Below, piece after piece: positions 15,064 through 26,883 of a DNA stretch of 45,363 nt; positions within the stretch are counted from its first letter, which is position 1, and each line of letters starts with the position of its first letter. The DNA is from Atractiella rhizophila (Eukaryota), in the NCBI GenBank assembly GCA_021432655.1, contig MU271429.1:21339-66701 (forward strand). The letters run 5' to 3'. The translations under genes were made by a program, and so were the position numbers. Under the pieces are notes generated by a model. That model searched no databases, was not told the DNA's origin, and was given only the letters and a program-made list of their open reading frames with translations.

Positions 15064-17236
15064 ATGCGACTGCAAGCTCTTCTCACCCCAACGTTTTTTA
15101 TCCCTCTTGGGAACGATGAGAGCACACAAGTCCCTCGACTCCTCTTTCAGGACGTTTGCGAACCTCATGCCAAATCTCAGTCCTTGATTACGTGCGAGCA
15201 ATACTTCCCGCGAAGACCAACAGATAAATTTTTTGATGTTTGCTATGGTGATCACCTGAAGAAAGATATCGAACTCCTTCCTTCAACCGTGCTCGCTCCT
15301 TTCTGGCCCGAAATTATGTTATATGGAGAGGTGCAACAGTGAGATCGTGCTCGTTCATCACTTGTACTCTTGCTGATCGCGCCTGCAGTAACTCTCGCCT
15401 TTCGTCCGTTTTGATTGATATGCAGACTTTCTTGAAGTATATGTATCCTTCACGAGCATCAGGTCCACTATCCATTCATGTCTCTCACCGGAAGTGCTCC
15501 TCAAATGGATGTCGGAGCGAAAATGTCGATCTCATAAGCTTACAGCTCGATGATGAAGTTCTCGCTCTCCTAGTTATCTTGGTTCGTGCAGTATCAACGG
15601 CCCGCAGATTACATACTAAATCTGAATGCAGGAGACGCCAGGCACGATTTGTGAGGAAGACTGGAAAAGTCCCACGTCTTCGCCCATAGATTTTGGGGAT
15701 ACTTCCAAGGTAGCAGGGAACTACCTGGCTTTCCTTCAATCTCTCGGTATCACTGGGTTGAACTATGCCGCTTTCCTCGATTTCAAGTCAACAGTCATCG
15801 TCAACATCTCCCGGTTCTTTTCTTGCGTCTCATTTGAGGATGGACCATATCTTCCCACGCTGACCCTTCTCAGCGAGGTGTTTTCTCGACGATGGGACTG
15901 CTCAAAATTTTCCCACCAGACTGGCGAAGCATCTTTCCCACGAGTCCTCGTATCCGGCGCAGGAAGAAATCCAAACGAAAGGCTGCAGGTGGATCTCAGC
16001 GCAATATCAATGGCAGCTGACCTGGACCTTTATGATGCTCAGAACGATAACGGTCCGATTCTGGGCGCCATGGCAAATTGGCACAATAGCCGGCTCAGAA
16101 AAGGCCAGGTTTGGCTCGACGCGCTCCGTTTACCAGGCCACGAGCTTCGAGTTGTTTCTGTGATTTCCGCTTATACCACCAGTTCAGAATCATTAATCCC
16201 GCCTCTGCTTATGACCGCGAAAGACCCGCTAGTGAGATTTTTTCAAAACATACTCTTCCAAGCGACTTCCGCCGTTCGACCCTCTACTGAAAGTTTTTCA
16301 CTCCGTCCAGGAGACTCGATTTTTCTCGAGAGCTCTTTACGTTCCGGACGAGAATTTTGGGGCCAAACCTTTGAAGTAAGGGTTTCGCCGTTGGGAGCGC
16401 AGAGGTTAGTCTTGAAGATTTACGATGAGCGTCTCTTCCCTCGTCCAGCATGGGAGATGGGCTATGACCGGATTTTACGCATAAGACGATGGCCGAATGC
16501 AGAAGATTCGTGGCAGCGCGAAGAACGTGCTTACCGAACTCTTCGCTTCTTGCAAGGATCTGGCATTCCAAGGTCGTACGGTTTCTACCGTGTAAGCTTG
16601 TTTTCATCGAGAGGAGCTTTTAATAGACCTTTTACAAACAGATTCAGCTTCCAGATGGCGAAATGGTGGCAGCTCACCTCTTGGAATATGTGGAAGGTTC
16701 ACACCTTGATGATACCTTGCTCAATGACCTGTCTGAAAAGGAACAGCAGAATTTCGTGAGTTTTCTAGTTGATGCTCACTCGACATTTACTCATCTCAAA
16801 TCAGTTCAATAAAGGAATGGCTTTGATGGGTGCAATGTTTCTCCTTGGTGTCAACCACACAGATCTTCAAGACCGTCCCGATCAGATCATATGTCTTCCT
16901 TCCGCCTGCCCTGGCAGTGCACCCAATTTGGTGCTCATCGATTTCGGGATGAGCAATTTGGTTCCAATAGATGAGAGCTGGCTGCTGTCCGACTGGGCGT
17001 GGGACCTGTCTATCTCGGAGGACTCTCGCTGCATGAATCAAATGCTCAATGAACAACTTGGCTGGACTCTGCCGGATGACAAGGACAAGCATCCAGAGGT
17101 TTTTTTAGATCACACGTGGGAGATTTTGCTGAGAGAGCGAAAATTCGGTATTCTTGATGTGAACTGGGACGAGGAAAAAAGGGCTAGACAAGGTGATGTA
17201 GAAATGGCTCAGGCAAGTCCCAAACGTCTCAGCTGA
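15064..17236 (+). CDS. Kinase-like family copy 1 (657 aa; possible REase-like N-terminus plus atypical protein kinase-like domain)
   Basis: Exons 15064-15338, 15389-15581, 15632-16591, 16642-16755 and 16805-17236 join in frame through canonical introns. Kinase motifs: LRSGREFWGQTF, LVLKIY, REERAY..L..LQGSGIPRSYG, LLEYVEG, HTDLQDRPDQII, LIDFGMS. Confidence 0.85.
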
Positions 17237-17552
17237 ACTACTCTAGTCGCATATACTTCGGTATTAAATTAGGAGCTACAAAATATATCTGAACTTGGCG
17301 GTGTTGGGTTTGCATAGTTTCGTGCCACCAAGTGGTAAAGTTTCTTACTTTCCTTGAATGCCATCCACTACTTTTACTTGCCACTCTTGTAGATTAGATA
17401 AAGAATTCCACTCGGTGGTGCTCACGCGTTTGCAACAGCTCAGCGAAACGGACCCCGCATTCTGACGATGACCCTTGAAGTATGTGTTATCTTCTCCCAA
17501 ATATTGTCTTGCACTGCGCCGAACTGTCCAGCTTTATGACTGCTTATTGCAA

Positions 17553-18640
17553 TTGAGCATTAGGGAAGCGTTCAAGTTACTATCTCAACTCCAAAGCTTC
17601 GCTAGAGTTGACGCGCTGTTGTGCTTCCAACGTGAGTTTCAATCTAGTTACTAGGGCTTGAAGGAGCAGTCAAGAGAGAAGAGTCATTTCGACAATCTAC
17701 GCTTTTGTTGCAAGGCACGCTTCCTGGTACAAAGATTCAGGAACTGAAGGTTTACCGTTGTCACGATGATACCAGCTGTTCCGTTTGACGGTGACACTGC
17801 ACCGTGACCTGGAGGACCATCTCACGAACGTCGGCGAGGCACGCGAAGGTACCATCCGTTTCCAGGCATGGCTGATGTTCCATATATGATTCCAGGATAT
17901 TAGCAGAACTGCAGTCTATGTTAGGCGTATTCTATTTTTTCACAGTGGAAATGGGAGCTCGCCATGGTGATGCTACATTTTGGCTGCCTGCATTATTCTT
18001 CCTCTCTTCATCATTTCTTGAACAATTTGTCAAATGGTCATGTGATGTTCACTTTTCTCAAAAATGTGAATTCCTAAACTACTTATTGTATCCTTCTTAT
18101 TGCATACTTGAGCATTAGGGACGTTCAAGTTACTATCTCAACTCCAAAGCTTCGCTAGAGTTGACGCGCTGTTGTGCTTCCAACGTGAGTTTCAATCTAG
18201 TTACTAGTGCTTGAAGGAGCAGTCAAGAGAGAAGAGTCATTTCGACAATCTACGCTTTTGTTGCAAGGCACGCTTCCTGGTACAAAGATTCAGGAACTGA
18301 AGGTTTACCGTTGTCACGATGATACCAGCTGTTCCGTTTGACGGTGACACTGCACCGTGACCTGGAGGACCATCTCACGAACGTCGGCGAGGCACGCGAA
18401 GGTACCATCCGTTTCCAGGCATGGCTGATGTTCCATATATGATTCCAGGATATTAGCACGAACTGCAGTCTATGTTAGGCGTATTCTATTTTTTCACAGT
18501 GGAAATGGGAGCTCGCCATGGTGATGCTACATTTTTGGCTGCCTGCATTATTCTTCCTCTCTTCATCTACCTTCATTCTTTGTCAACAATTTGTCAAATG
18601 GTGGGCATGACTTGTATGTTCACTTTTCTGCCAAAAAATG
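17553..18640. repeat. Near-perfect tandem duplication, period 553 bp
   Basis: For example, ttcgacaatc at 17688 and 18241. The cores are almost identical. The junction at ~18010-18110 is a deletion-riddled version of 18560-18700. Confidence 0.9.
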
Positions 18641-19010
18641 GCTGAGATGTCCTCCGAGGATCTGACCTTTGTAAGTATCACTTCCAATAACATTACTTGG
18701 ATTCACCGGCACTGTGACGTCGATATCTTTGTAATAGGCTAGCAGGTTCTTTGTTCAGACCTTAATGTTACTCCCCATGCAGAAGTGCAGTCTTTGTCAT
18801 CTGCACAAAAGGCAGCATTCTTATTTTTGTTAACGAAGCAATGGCGTGGAGAGTTATATGTTCTTATACTCACTGACCTGTTGCCTTATCTGGGCACCGG
18901 ATCCGGAGCGTCGCTTCTTCTGGCGGTCTACTTCGCCGTTTTTCGTCTCTTTTGGTCCTGTTCTTACGTGGATCTTTAAAAGCACAAGAGCAACGGAGAA
19001 CTATAGGATG

Positions 19011-21153
19011 ATGCGGCTTCCTGCCTTTCTCAAACCGGCCTTTCGTATGCATGCCAACCCTACCAAAAGTCCGCCTCTCCTACAGGATGTTTCTGGAGAA
19101 CCTCACACTCTGTCGAAGTCGCTGTTCACCGGCGCGCAATTTGTGCCCACGAGAGAGACGGACAAGTTCATGAAGGTTTCATATCGTGATCACCTACGAA
19201 AAGACCTTGAGCTGCTGCCTCTGAATGTGGTTGTCCCATTTTGGCCGGAGATCCTGATTGATGGCGAAGTTCTGCCGTAAGACCAATGGTTCCTCTCCCG
19301 TCTCACTGACCGTGTTGAGTAGGGAATCTCCTCTTTCTGCGTTTTTGCTCGATATGACGACGCTATTGAGGTATATGTACCAGCGAGGGCATCTACACCA
19401 CTTTCCATCCACGTTAAGCATCAGACCTGTTTTGCCAATGGAGTCCGGACCCAGGATGTGGAGATTGTGAGCGTACAAATAGAGAAGGAGATATTGGCAG
19501 TTTTTGTCATCTTAGTAGGTGTTGTGTAACGGTTTGTAGGCTATACTAACATGGAGAATAGGAAACTCCAGGCACTCTCCGTGAACAAGACTGGGAGCCT
19601 CTCGCCCACTGCTCCATCGATTTTGCGGATACGTCACAAGTAGCAGGCAACTACTTAGCCTTTCTTGATTCCCTCGGCATTTCCGACCTCAACTTTGCAG
19701 CTTTCCTCGATTTCACATCTACCATCGTCGTCAACATCTCTAAGTCTTTCTCTTACGTCTCTTTTGAGGAAGGAGCCTATCTTCCGGCATTGACGCTTCT
19801 GAGTGAGGTCTTTTCTAAACGATGGGACTGCTCAAAGTTTTCACATCAGACTGGGGCATCGTCCTTTCCCCGAGTTCTTGTGTCTGGAGCGGAAAGAAAT
19901 CCCAATGAGGAGCACGATGTGGATTTGAGCACAATAACGCTGGCTGCTGACCTGGATCTTTATGACGCTCAAAATGACGATGGTACCATCCTTGATGCGA
20001 TTGCAGATTGGCACAATGATCGCCTCAATAAGGCTCGACTTTGGCTCGATGACCTCCGGTTACCAGGTCATGAGCTTCGAGTTATTTCTGTGATTTCTTT
20101 GTGCCTTCCCAGCGCAATATCGTCCATTCCACCTCTACTCATGACCGCGAAAGACCCGCTAGTCCGATTTTTTCAAAATATCCTTTTTCAAGCGGCGTCC
20201 GCCGTTCGACCATCCGTCCAGACTTTCTCACTCTGCCCAGGAGATTCTATTTGTCTCAAACGTTCTTTACGGTCGGGACAGAAATTTTGGGGACAAGTTT
20301 TTGAGGCAAAGGTTCACGCCGTGGAAGCCCAAAAACTGGTTTTGAAGATTTATGACGAACGCCTCTTCCCTCCTCCGGCGTGGGAGATGGATTACGAGGG
20401 CATTTTACGGATTAGGCGATGGCCGAACGCAGAAGATTCGTGGCAGCGCGAAGAAAGAGCATATCATGCTCTACGCTTTCTGCAAGGTTCTGGCGTTCCA
20501 AGATCCTACGGCTTTTACCGAGTGAGTTCTTTATCGTCGGAGCTGACTTTTTGATTATCTTCTACAATCAGATTCAGCTTCCCGATGGCGAAATTGTGGC
20601 GGCTCACCTCATGGAATATGTGGAAGGTCCACACCTCGACGACACTTGGGTCAGGGACCTGTCCGAAGAAGAACAGCAGAACTTTGTGAGCGCAGGTCTA
20701 TTGTGCGTTGATCATCATTTCATTAACCTCAAGCAGTTCAACAAAGGGATGGCGTTGATGGGAGCCATGTTTCTCCTCGGAGTGAACCACACAGATCTTG
20801 ACGACCGACCTGACCAAATCATCTGCCCTCCTTCTTCCACCCCAGGTGCTTCCCCTGATTTTGTGATCCTCGACTTTGGGATGAGCAATCTGGTTCAAAT
20901 GGATGAAAGCTATCTTGCCTCTGTGTTGGCATGGGATCTTACCATCTCCATCGATTCCAATTACATCAATCGAATGCTCAATGACCAACTTGGCTGGAAC
21001 CTGGTACATCATCAGGAAACACACCCAGAAGTGTTTTTGCGCTTTACGTGGGAGATTCTGGTGAGGGATCGAAAGTTCGGCATTCTGGATGTGAACTGGG
21101 ACGAAGAAAAAGGCTTTTCCCATCATCCAAACGCATCAACTACCAGCCAGTGA
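19011..21153 (+). pseudogene. Kinase-like family copy 2, with a 1-nt frameshift near 19380 (real or sequencing error)
   Basis: Same 5-exon layout as copy 1. Exon 2 reads TATATGTAC CAGCG where the paralogs read YMYP(A/S)RA. Restoring one C gives YMYPARASTPLSIHV and an otherwise open gene. Confidence 0.75.
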
Positions 21154-21428
21154 TGACATCCTTTGACCTAGAACTCACTTTTATTCACGTTAGATGCAAT
21201 GTGATTAAGCAAGACATTTCACAATCAGCACTCGAAGAGTTTATGGACGGTGAACGACTATATGATTATGCGGACCTAATGTTTCATAAAATACAATGCT
21301 TTATGCACGAACCGGCATTCATAAAAGGTCAGTCAAACGGTGGCTATGGTAACTCCTAAAACTTGTGCTCAAAAGGATCAAAATCGAAATTAAGACGAAA
21401 CGGACTAAGACTCCCTCGCCATCTAAAG

Positions 21429-24400
21429 TTACGTGGTGAGGTAGATTTTCTGGACATCTGCTACCCCAAAGGCGACTTGACAGCCTGGACATTTCCGTTG
21501 TCTCGTCTCTATACGGGCGTCTATGCATTCTTTGCAGAAGGTGTGGAAACATCGCGTGATGACATGCGACTTGAAACGTTCGTTGCAGCTCGAACATTTT
21601 AAGAGTTTCTGTTCCCCTTGTAATCAGCACCCAAACTCATCAAGTTTGAAGGAAGGAAGGCGGACCTGAAGGTGCTGCGTTGTTTCCCGTAATTGCCCCA
21701 GCTCTGCGTCCAGCGCCCCATTCCCGTTCACGAATTGGGATTTTATCACGGATTGCTGTTGTGCTGCTGAACGCAACTTTTGAAGGCGAATGATATCCTC
21801 TTCAAGTTTCCTCCTCTCCCGCTGCTCTGCTGAACGACTCTCCAGCAACTGACGGTTCGACAACTCCAGCTACACCCATCGATACCATAGTCAGTCTGAG
21901 GCCGCCTCGACAAGAAAGACGGTATTGAGCTTCACGAACCTCATTGACCTTCTTCTGCGCGACCTCCTCCTTCCTAGTCAAATCTTGACTCTGCAGGGTG
22001 AGTTCTTCAAATCGAGACTGAAGAGTCCGGTACGCCACTCGCTGTTGATTAAGTTCCTGCTCGATATTTGTCTACCGACAACAATCAATAACATTCTTAA
22101 GACTGCAGCAGAATGGGGAAGGAGTACGAGAGATGCGCTGATAGTCTTGTTGCTCTCTAAGGTCGACTCGACTGCCTTTTGCTGCTTGTCCGTCAACCGA
22201 TTTAGCACTTGATTCTCCCCCTGAAGAGCTTCCTTCGCACGCATCGCAGCAAAATATCGATTATCGGCCTTTGCTTTCTATGCACAGCCAAAGCTATCAG
22301 CACATCCTTCTCCACCACAAGACATGACGACAGACCTCTGTGAGCAGTTTAGCGACCTTCTCCTCCAATCCAACAAGGGTGAAGACTTTATTCGAGCACT
22401 GCTCATCGAGCGTCTGCCAGGCAGCCGAGAGTCGATCAACTTCTCCATAAAGCATGGATGTCGAAGCCTCCTGCGTCTTAAGCTGAGCCTCCAGGATGCG
22501 GACTCTTCGATCCCTCTCCTCCACCCTCTCCTTCAACTGTTTGACCTCCACACTTGCGGCATCGCCAACCAACGCCTGCAACCGCTCCAGCTGCTCCTTG
22601 ACCTCTCGAAGTTCCATCCTCGCCTTCTCCTCGCTCTGCATGATGGTTTGGACGTTCAAGAGGCCGGAGTTCTGCGAGTAGCTCTTCAGTTGGTCCCGAA
22701 GGGTGAGCGCGAGAGATTCGGCACGCTTCAGTCGGCCCTCCAGGTCCTTCATCGCGTCCAGCTCCTCGTCTGCATACGTCTCCACGAGCTCCGTCTCCCC
22801 ATTGTTCGCAAGGATACGCATCTTCAGTCGTTTGACCTCCGAAGCATACGCCGCCAGCCGGTCCTATATCACCGGTACGGTGAGACCCAGATCATGGAGG
22901 AGGAGAGTGACGAGTGACACACCTTTTGTGAAAGAGCAAGAGTCTTCACCTGTTCCTGGTGCTTCATCTTCTCCGCTTCCCGCGCCTTCAACTCCGTCAG
23001 CTCCGACCTAAACTCCTCCCTCTGCCCTCGGACCCTCGTCAAGTCAGACTCTTTCGCGTTGAGCTTCTTTTGAGAGTCGTCCGTGATCGCATGTGCTTCT
23101 TTCTACATCACAATGCAACAACTCAGCCTTGGAAGGGGATTGGGAGGGATGGGACCGGGCGACGAACGATGACATCCTCGCGGAACCGTTGTTGCTGTTC
23201 CCTCATCTTTGCGTTCTCGCCACGCAGTTCCTCTGCCTCCTTTTTGGCGCGTTCACTGTCGGCTTTGAGGAAGGAAAGGTGGGCGTGAAGCTGTCGATAG
23301 TGTAGGGATTCCTGCACAGTGTCTTCGGGAAGGTCGACGAGCTGTTCCCTCCGGCGTTAGCCTGCATCCTATTAATACCACTGAGGAGACAAACGGAGAG
23401 CCTTAGGGATTGTAACTCGTTCTCGAGCATCACCTTCTCCCTTCGCACGTCCTCAATCTCCCGCAGTCTCGCATCCGCAATCTCCCTCAACGCCTCCAGC
23501 TCTTCCTGTTCGTCCTTAGAAATATGTGCAATAACAGGTTTCACCTCATCGACCTAGAACAACAAACTTCACCATCCGCTCCTCACACACGAAGGAACCA
23601 ACCCACCTCCATCATCGTATCGTTCACCTTAACCTTCTCTTCCTCTTCCTTCCGCCCCTCCGCCCACCTCACGCTCGAGCTCTTCTCCCTCTCTCCCCGC
23701 TTCCATATCGCCCGACACCGTTCCCGTTCGCTCTCCCTCTCGTCGCGTAGGCGCTCAACATCTTCTTTGAGCACTTGCACGGCGGCGCGGAGGGAGGAGG
23801 ATTCGGAAACGAGGGTGGAACAGCGCGATTGCAGATCCTCCGTCGACGGTGGCGTCGGCGGATTCTGTCCTGGTGGAAGACAGCGTAGAAGACTTAGGGT
23901 CGAGGATTGTAAGGAAGATAGATGGGTTTGTAGGCTGGTTAAAGTGCTGGTGGGAAGTTCGAGGTCGACAAGGGAGGCGGAAAGATCTTAACAATCGAAC
24001 ACGACATGCATGTCACATGCCCTCCTTGGTACTGATGAGAGAAAGACACATACCTAGGATGGAATCTGAAGAGTGCGGGAGAGACTTCTGGTCACAGAGT
24101 ATCCGGACGTCTTCGACCAACTGTCCCATCGTCACCAACAGACATCAACACACGACTTCCTTTTCTAGACCGAGCAAAACGCAGGCTCTCAGAAAGCATG
24201 ACTATGTACCTTAGTCCAAAAGACTCCCACTGCAGCCGCACGACACCGTTCGTCCTCTAGCACTCGTTCGAGTTCCCTCTCTCTCTCCTCAGCCTGCAGA
24301 GCACGCAGCTTGTACTCTCCCATCTGCCTCCATATCGCTTCCTTCCGAAAAGACTGTTCATTGCCACATAATACAACATACCCTCAGTTCACCACTAACG

Positions 24401-24591
24401 GAATAGGTAGAAAAGAGAGAATAAGGAGGAGGCGAACGAACCTCGAGATCTGGCGCGTGCGTGGTCGCAATGCCATTTCCGTTGCCATTCGGGAGGGCAG
24501 AGTCAATAAACGGCTTCTTCGAAGGGCCTGGGCTGTACGTCTCAGGCGAGGGCGGGGCTTTGCGCTTGAGCGTGAGAGACTCTGCTGCCAT
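21429..24591 (-). CDS. BRE1: E3 ubiquitin-protein ligase Bre1 (histone H2B ubiquitylation), multi-exon
   Basis: N-terminal SFRKEAIWRQMGEYK, long coiled coils, KADNRYFAAMRAKEAL, and a C-terminal C3HC4 RING CSSCNERFKSHVITRCFHTFCKECIDARIETRQRKCPGC, ending QKIYLTT* at 21429. Not every internal splice site was verified. Confidence 0.93.
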
Positions 24592-24639
24592 CTTCACTTA
24601 ACTCAGTTGGTGGTGTGAGGAGATTTTCGGCAACTGCTG

Positions 24640-24651
24640 CCCTAACCCTAA
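24640..24651. promoter_or_regulatory. Telo-box-like (CCCTAA)2 upstream of BRE1
   Basis: ccctaaccctaa lies ~50 nt upstream of the BRE1 ATG. Confidence 0.3.
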
Positions 24652-26883
24652 TTGCCCACTACTCACTGCAATCGCTACGACCAACGATTATCTGGCTGCC
24701 ATAATAACCACCCAGTGGTTGCGCCTACGACCTACTCACGAGTCTTAGAATCCGCAAAAACACCCTTACCAGCCTTCTCATTTCTCCAAAAGCGCACTCT
24801 CAAAAGGAACGACGTCAAAGTCAAGAACAACAGATTGGGGAGAAAGGCTGGATTGATCACTCTCAACGACGATCCCATTATCGTAGACAAATTCAAAGGT
24901 CAGAGGTGTTGGCAGCGTTATTCGTCTGATTGGAGAAGCGTCTGAGGTATTTGGAGCTAAGAAGTAGAGGTTGAGTGATATTCTACTCCGGATAAACAAC
25001 TCGATCTGTTGGTGAGCACTTCCTTCTTTCTATCTGGAATTGTTTGAGATGGACTTTTCTGTCTGTTTTGTGGCGTATTATGCGCGATTTCAGTGTTCCA
25101 AGCGCCTTTATCGCCCTTTTGAAGCACAACTGATTACCCGGTTGTTGTTGCCATTTTGTCCTTTCACTGACTTTCTACCTTATGTCCTCGCGCCGTGGTT
25201 TCTACCGTGAGCATGAGGACTTAGCTATCACAGTCCTGGGTGATAACTGCAAATGTTCTTGGATCTCTAAAAGGGAGCCCAGACGGCATCGTCATACCTT
25301 GCATACCTGGAGCTCAAGCATTGAAAAGTTACATTGAAAAGTTACGTTGGTTCTAGGTCTAGAATCTCTGAATATTTTTTTGTACAACTTCGAGTACGGC
25401 CTTTGCAGTAATGTGGACTCTATGTTCGATTATGCAGCGGATTTTATCACTTGCCATGTTCTATACTCTTGTGTTATTATTCCGCAAGCACCTTGCTGCT
25501 TTGCAGCCGTTGAATGAGCAGTCGCTGAATGAGCTGCTGCTTAAAGGAGATTTCGTCTTCCATTTGTCTTCGCCTCCATCCAAGGATGTCTGGCACCCAC
25601 TCCTGCTGTGGAACCTAAGAAATATATGGGCATATCTCCAAGGGACAACATGAAGCCGCCATTCGAGATTCTACACCGCAATCCACATCTTAAGTCGAGC
25701 CGTCTGAAGCGATTGGCTAGACTCGACGCGTAGAGCGGAAGGGTATGATCTTGGATTATGGTTCTGTGTTCTGTTGCTCAGCTCCGCACGCTTACCTCGG
25801 ATATAGAGTGTGCGTGTGGCGGTATCTTCCGCATGGACGTACTGTCTTGTCGTCCTGCCAGACTCCTTTCTTTAGAACGACCACAACTTATCATCCCTCT
25901 CTTTCAGGCAAAAGAGCCTTTTCTCTAGCTTTGCGTATTCTCAGCTTTCGAAGCTCCCTCATGTTCCTATCTTTGCTCTCCTTTCAATCTCGGTGGTCTG
26001 AACGTAGTGAGCACTATTAGCCTTCGCAGGTCCAGGTCCGTTACTTCTCTCGTTGGCATCTGTTCCTCTATCTGGATAGTTTCTTTCTCGAGCTGTCCCA
26101 CCTCTCCGCTCTGACTGCTCAGGCGATAACACGGCGTGTGGGCTCCTCCTGTGAGCTTCTCACAGGGATACCTCATGTATCTGTGGCATTCTGTTCGTCT
26201 TCACAACGGACCGCAGAGATACATGGGGCATGGGGAGTCGGGCTGAACGTTAACTCGATCGAACATTCTTTCGGTGCCGTCGGTTTCCATGTAGGAAGGA
26301 ATGAATTCACGGTCCCCGCTCCCAGCTCCTCACCATTGTCCTCTTCCTTTCATGAACGTTTTCATCAGTAGCCATAGCTGCTATCTCTTTCTGCTACTTA
26401 TCCTGCGGTTTGGTATCGGCGCTGGATGTGAGTCACGTCTACATGCGTGTCGCGCCATCAAAACGCCAGAGCGGCGCCATCTGTTCTTAGAAGCGGAGCG
26501 TCAGATTCCGTGTGCTTTCGCGACCCATTGTCATAGCGCGCATTTCGTAGCCCCTATCTTGCGTCTACATCTGGGAGTTCTGCGGAGGAAAGAAACTGAC
26601 GATTCCGTCGAAGGATAGGTTTCTTGAATTCTTTTCACTCGTTCCTCGAACCAAGCAAGAGAAATCGATATCAATAGGCAATCCCTTCGATACCCAACCA
26701 ACCTCCACCCAAGGTTAACGAACGATTGAACGCAACAATCTTCTCGGCAGTTTCGGATTCAAGTTCACTTCACTTTTCTCAGTCATTTTCGAACATTTTA
26801 GAAGTTATCTGGGCACATTATTTATTTAGATGTTTTCGTTTCCTGGGAGTGCCGTTGGAAGCAGGAAGAGAAAGAGAGGGGAG

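Noticed and set aside
15055..15689. Separate small ORFs upstream of each kinase (toxin-antitoxin or bicistronic look)
   Set aside because: Their stops fall in canonical introns. The exons splice in frame into one protein in all copies, apart from the 1-nt frameshift in copy 2.
24778..24999. 73-aa minus-strand ORF upstream of BRE1
   Set aside because: No ATG start, no motif, and no supportable gene model.
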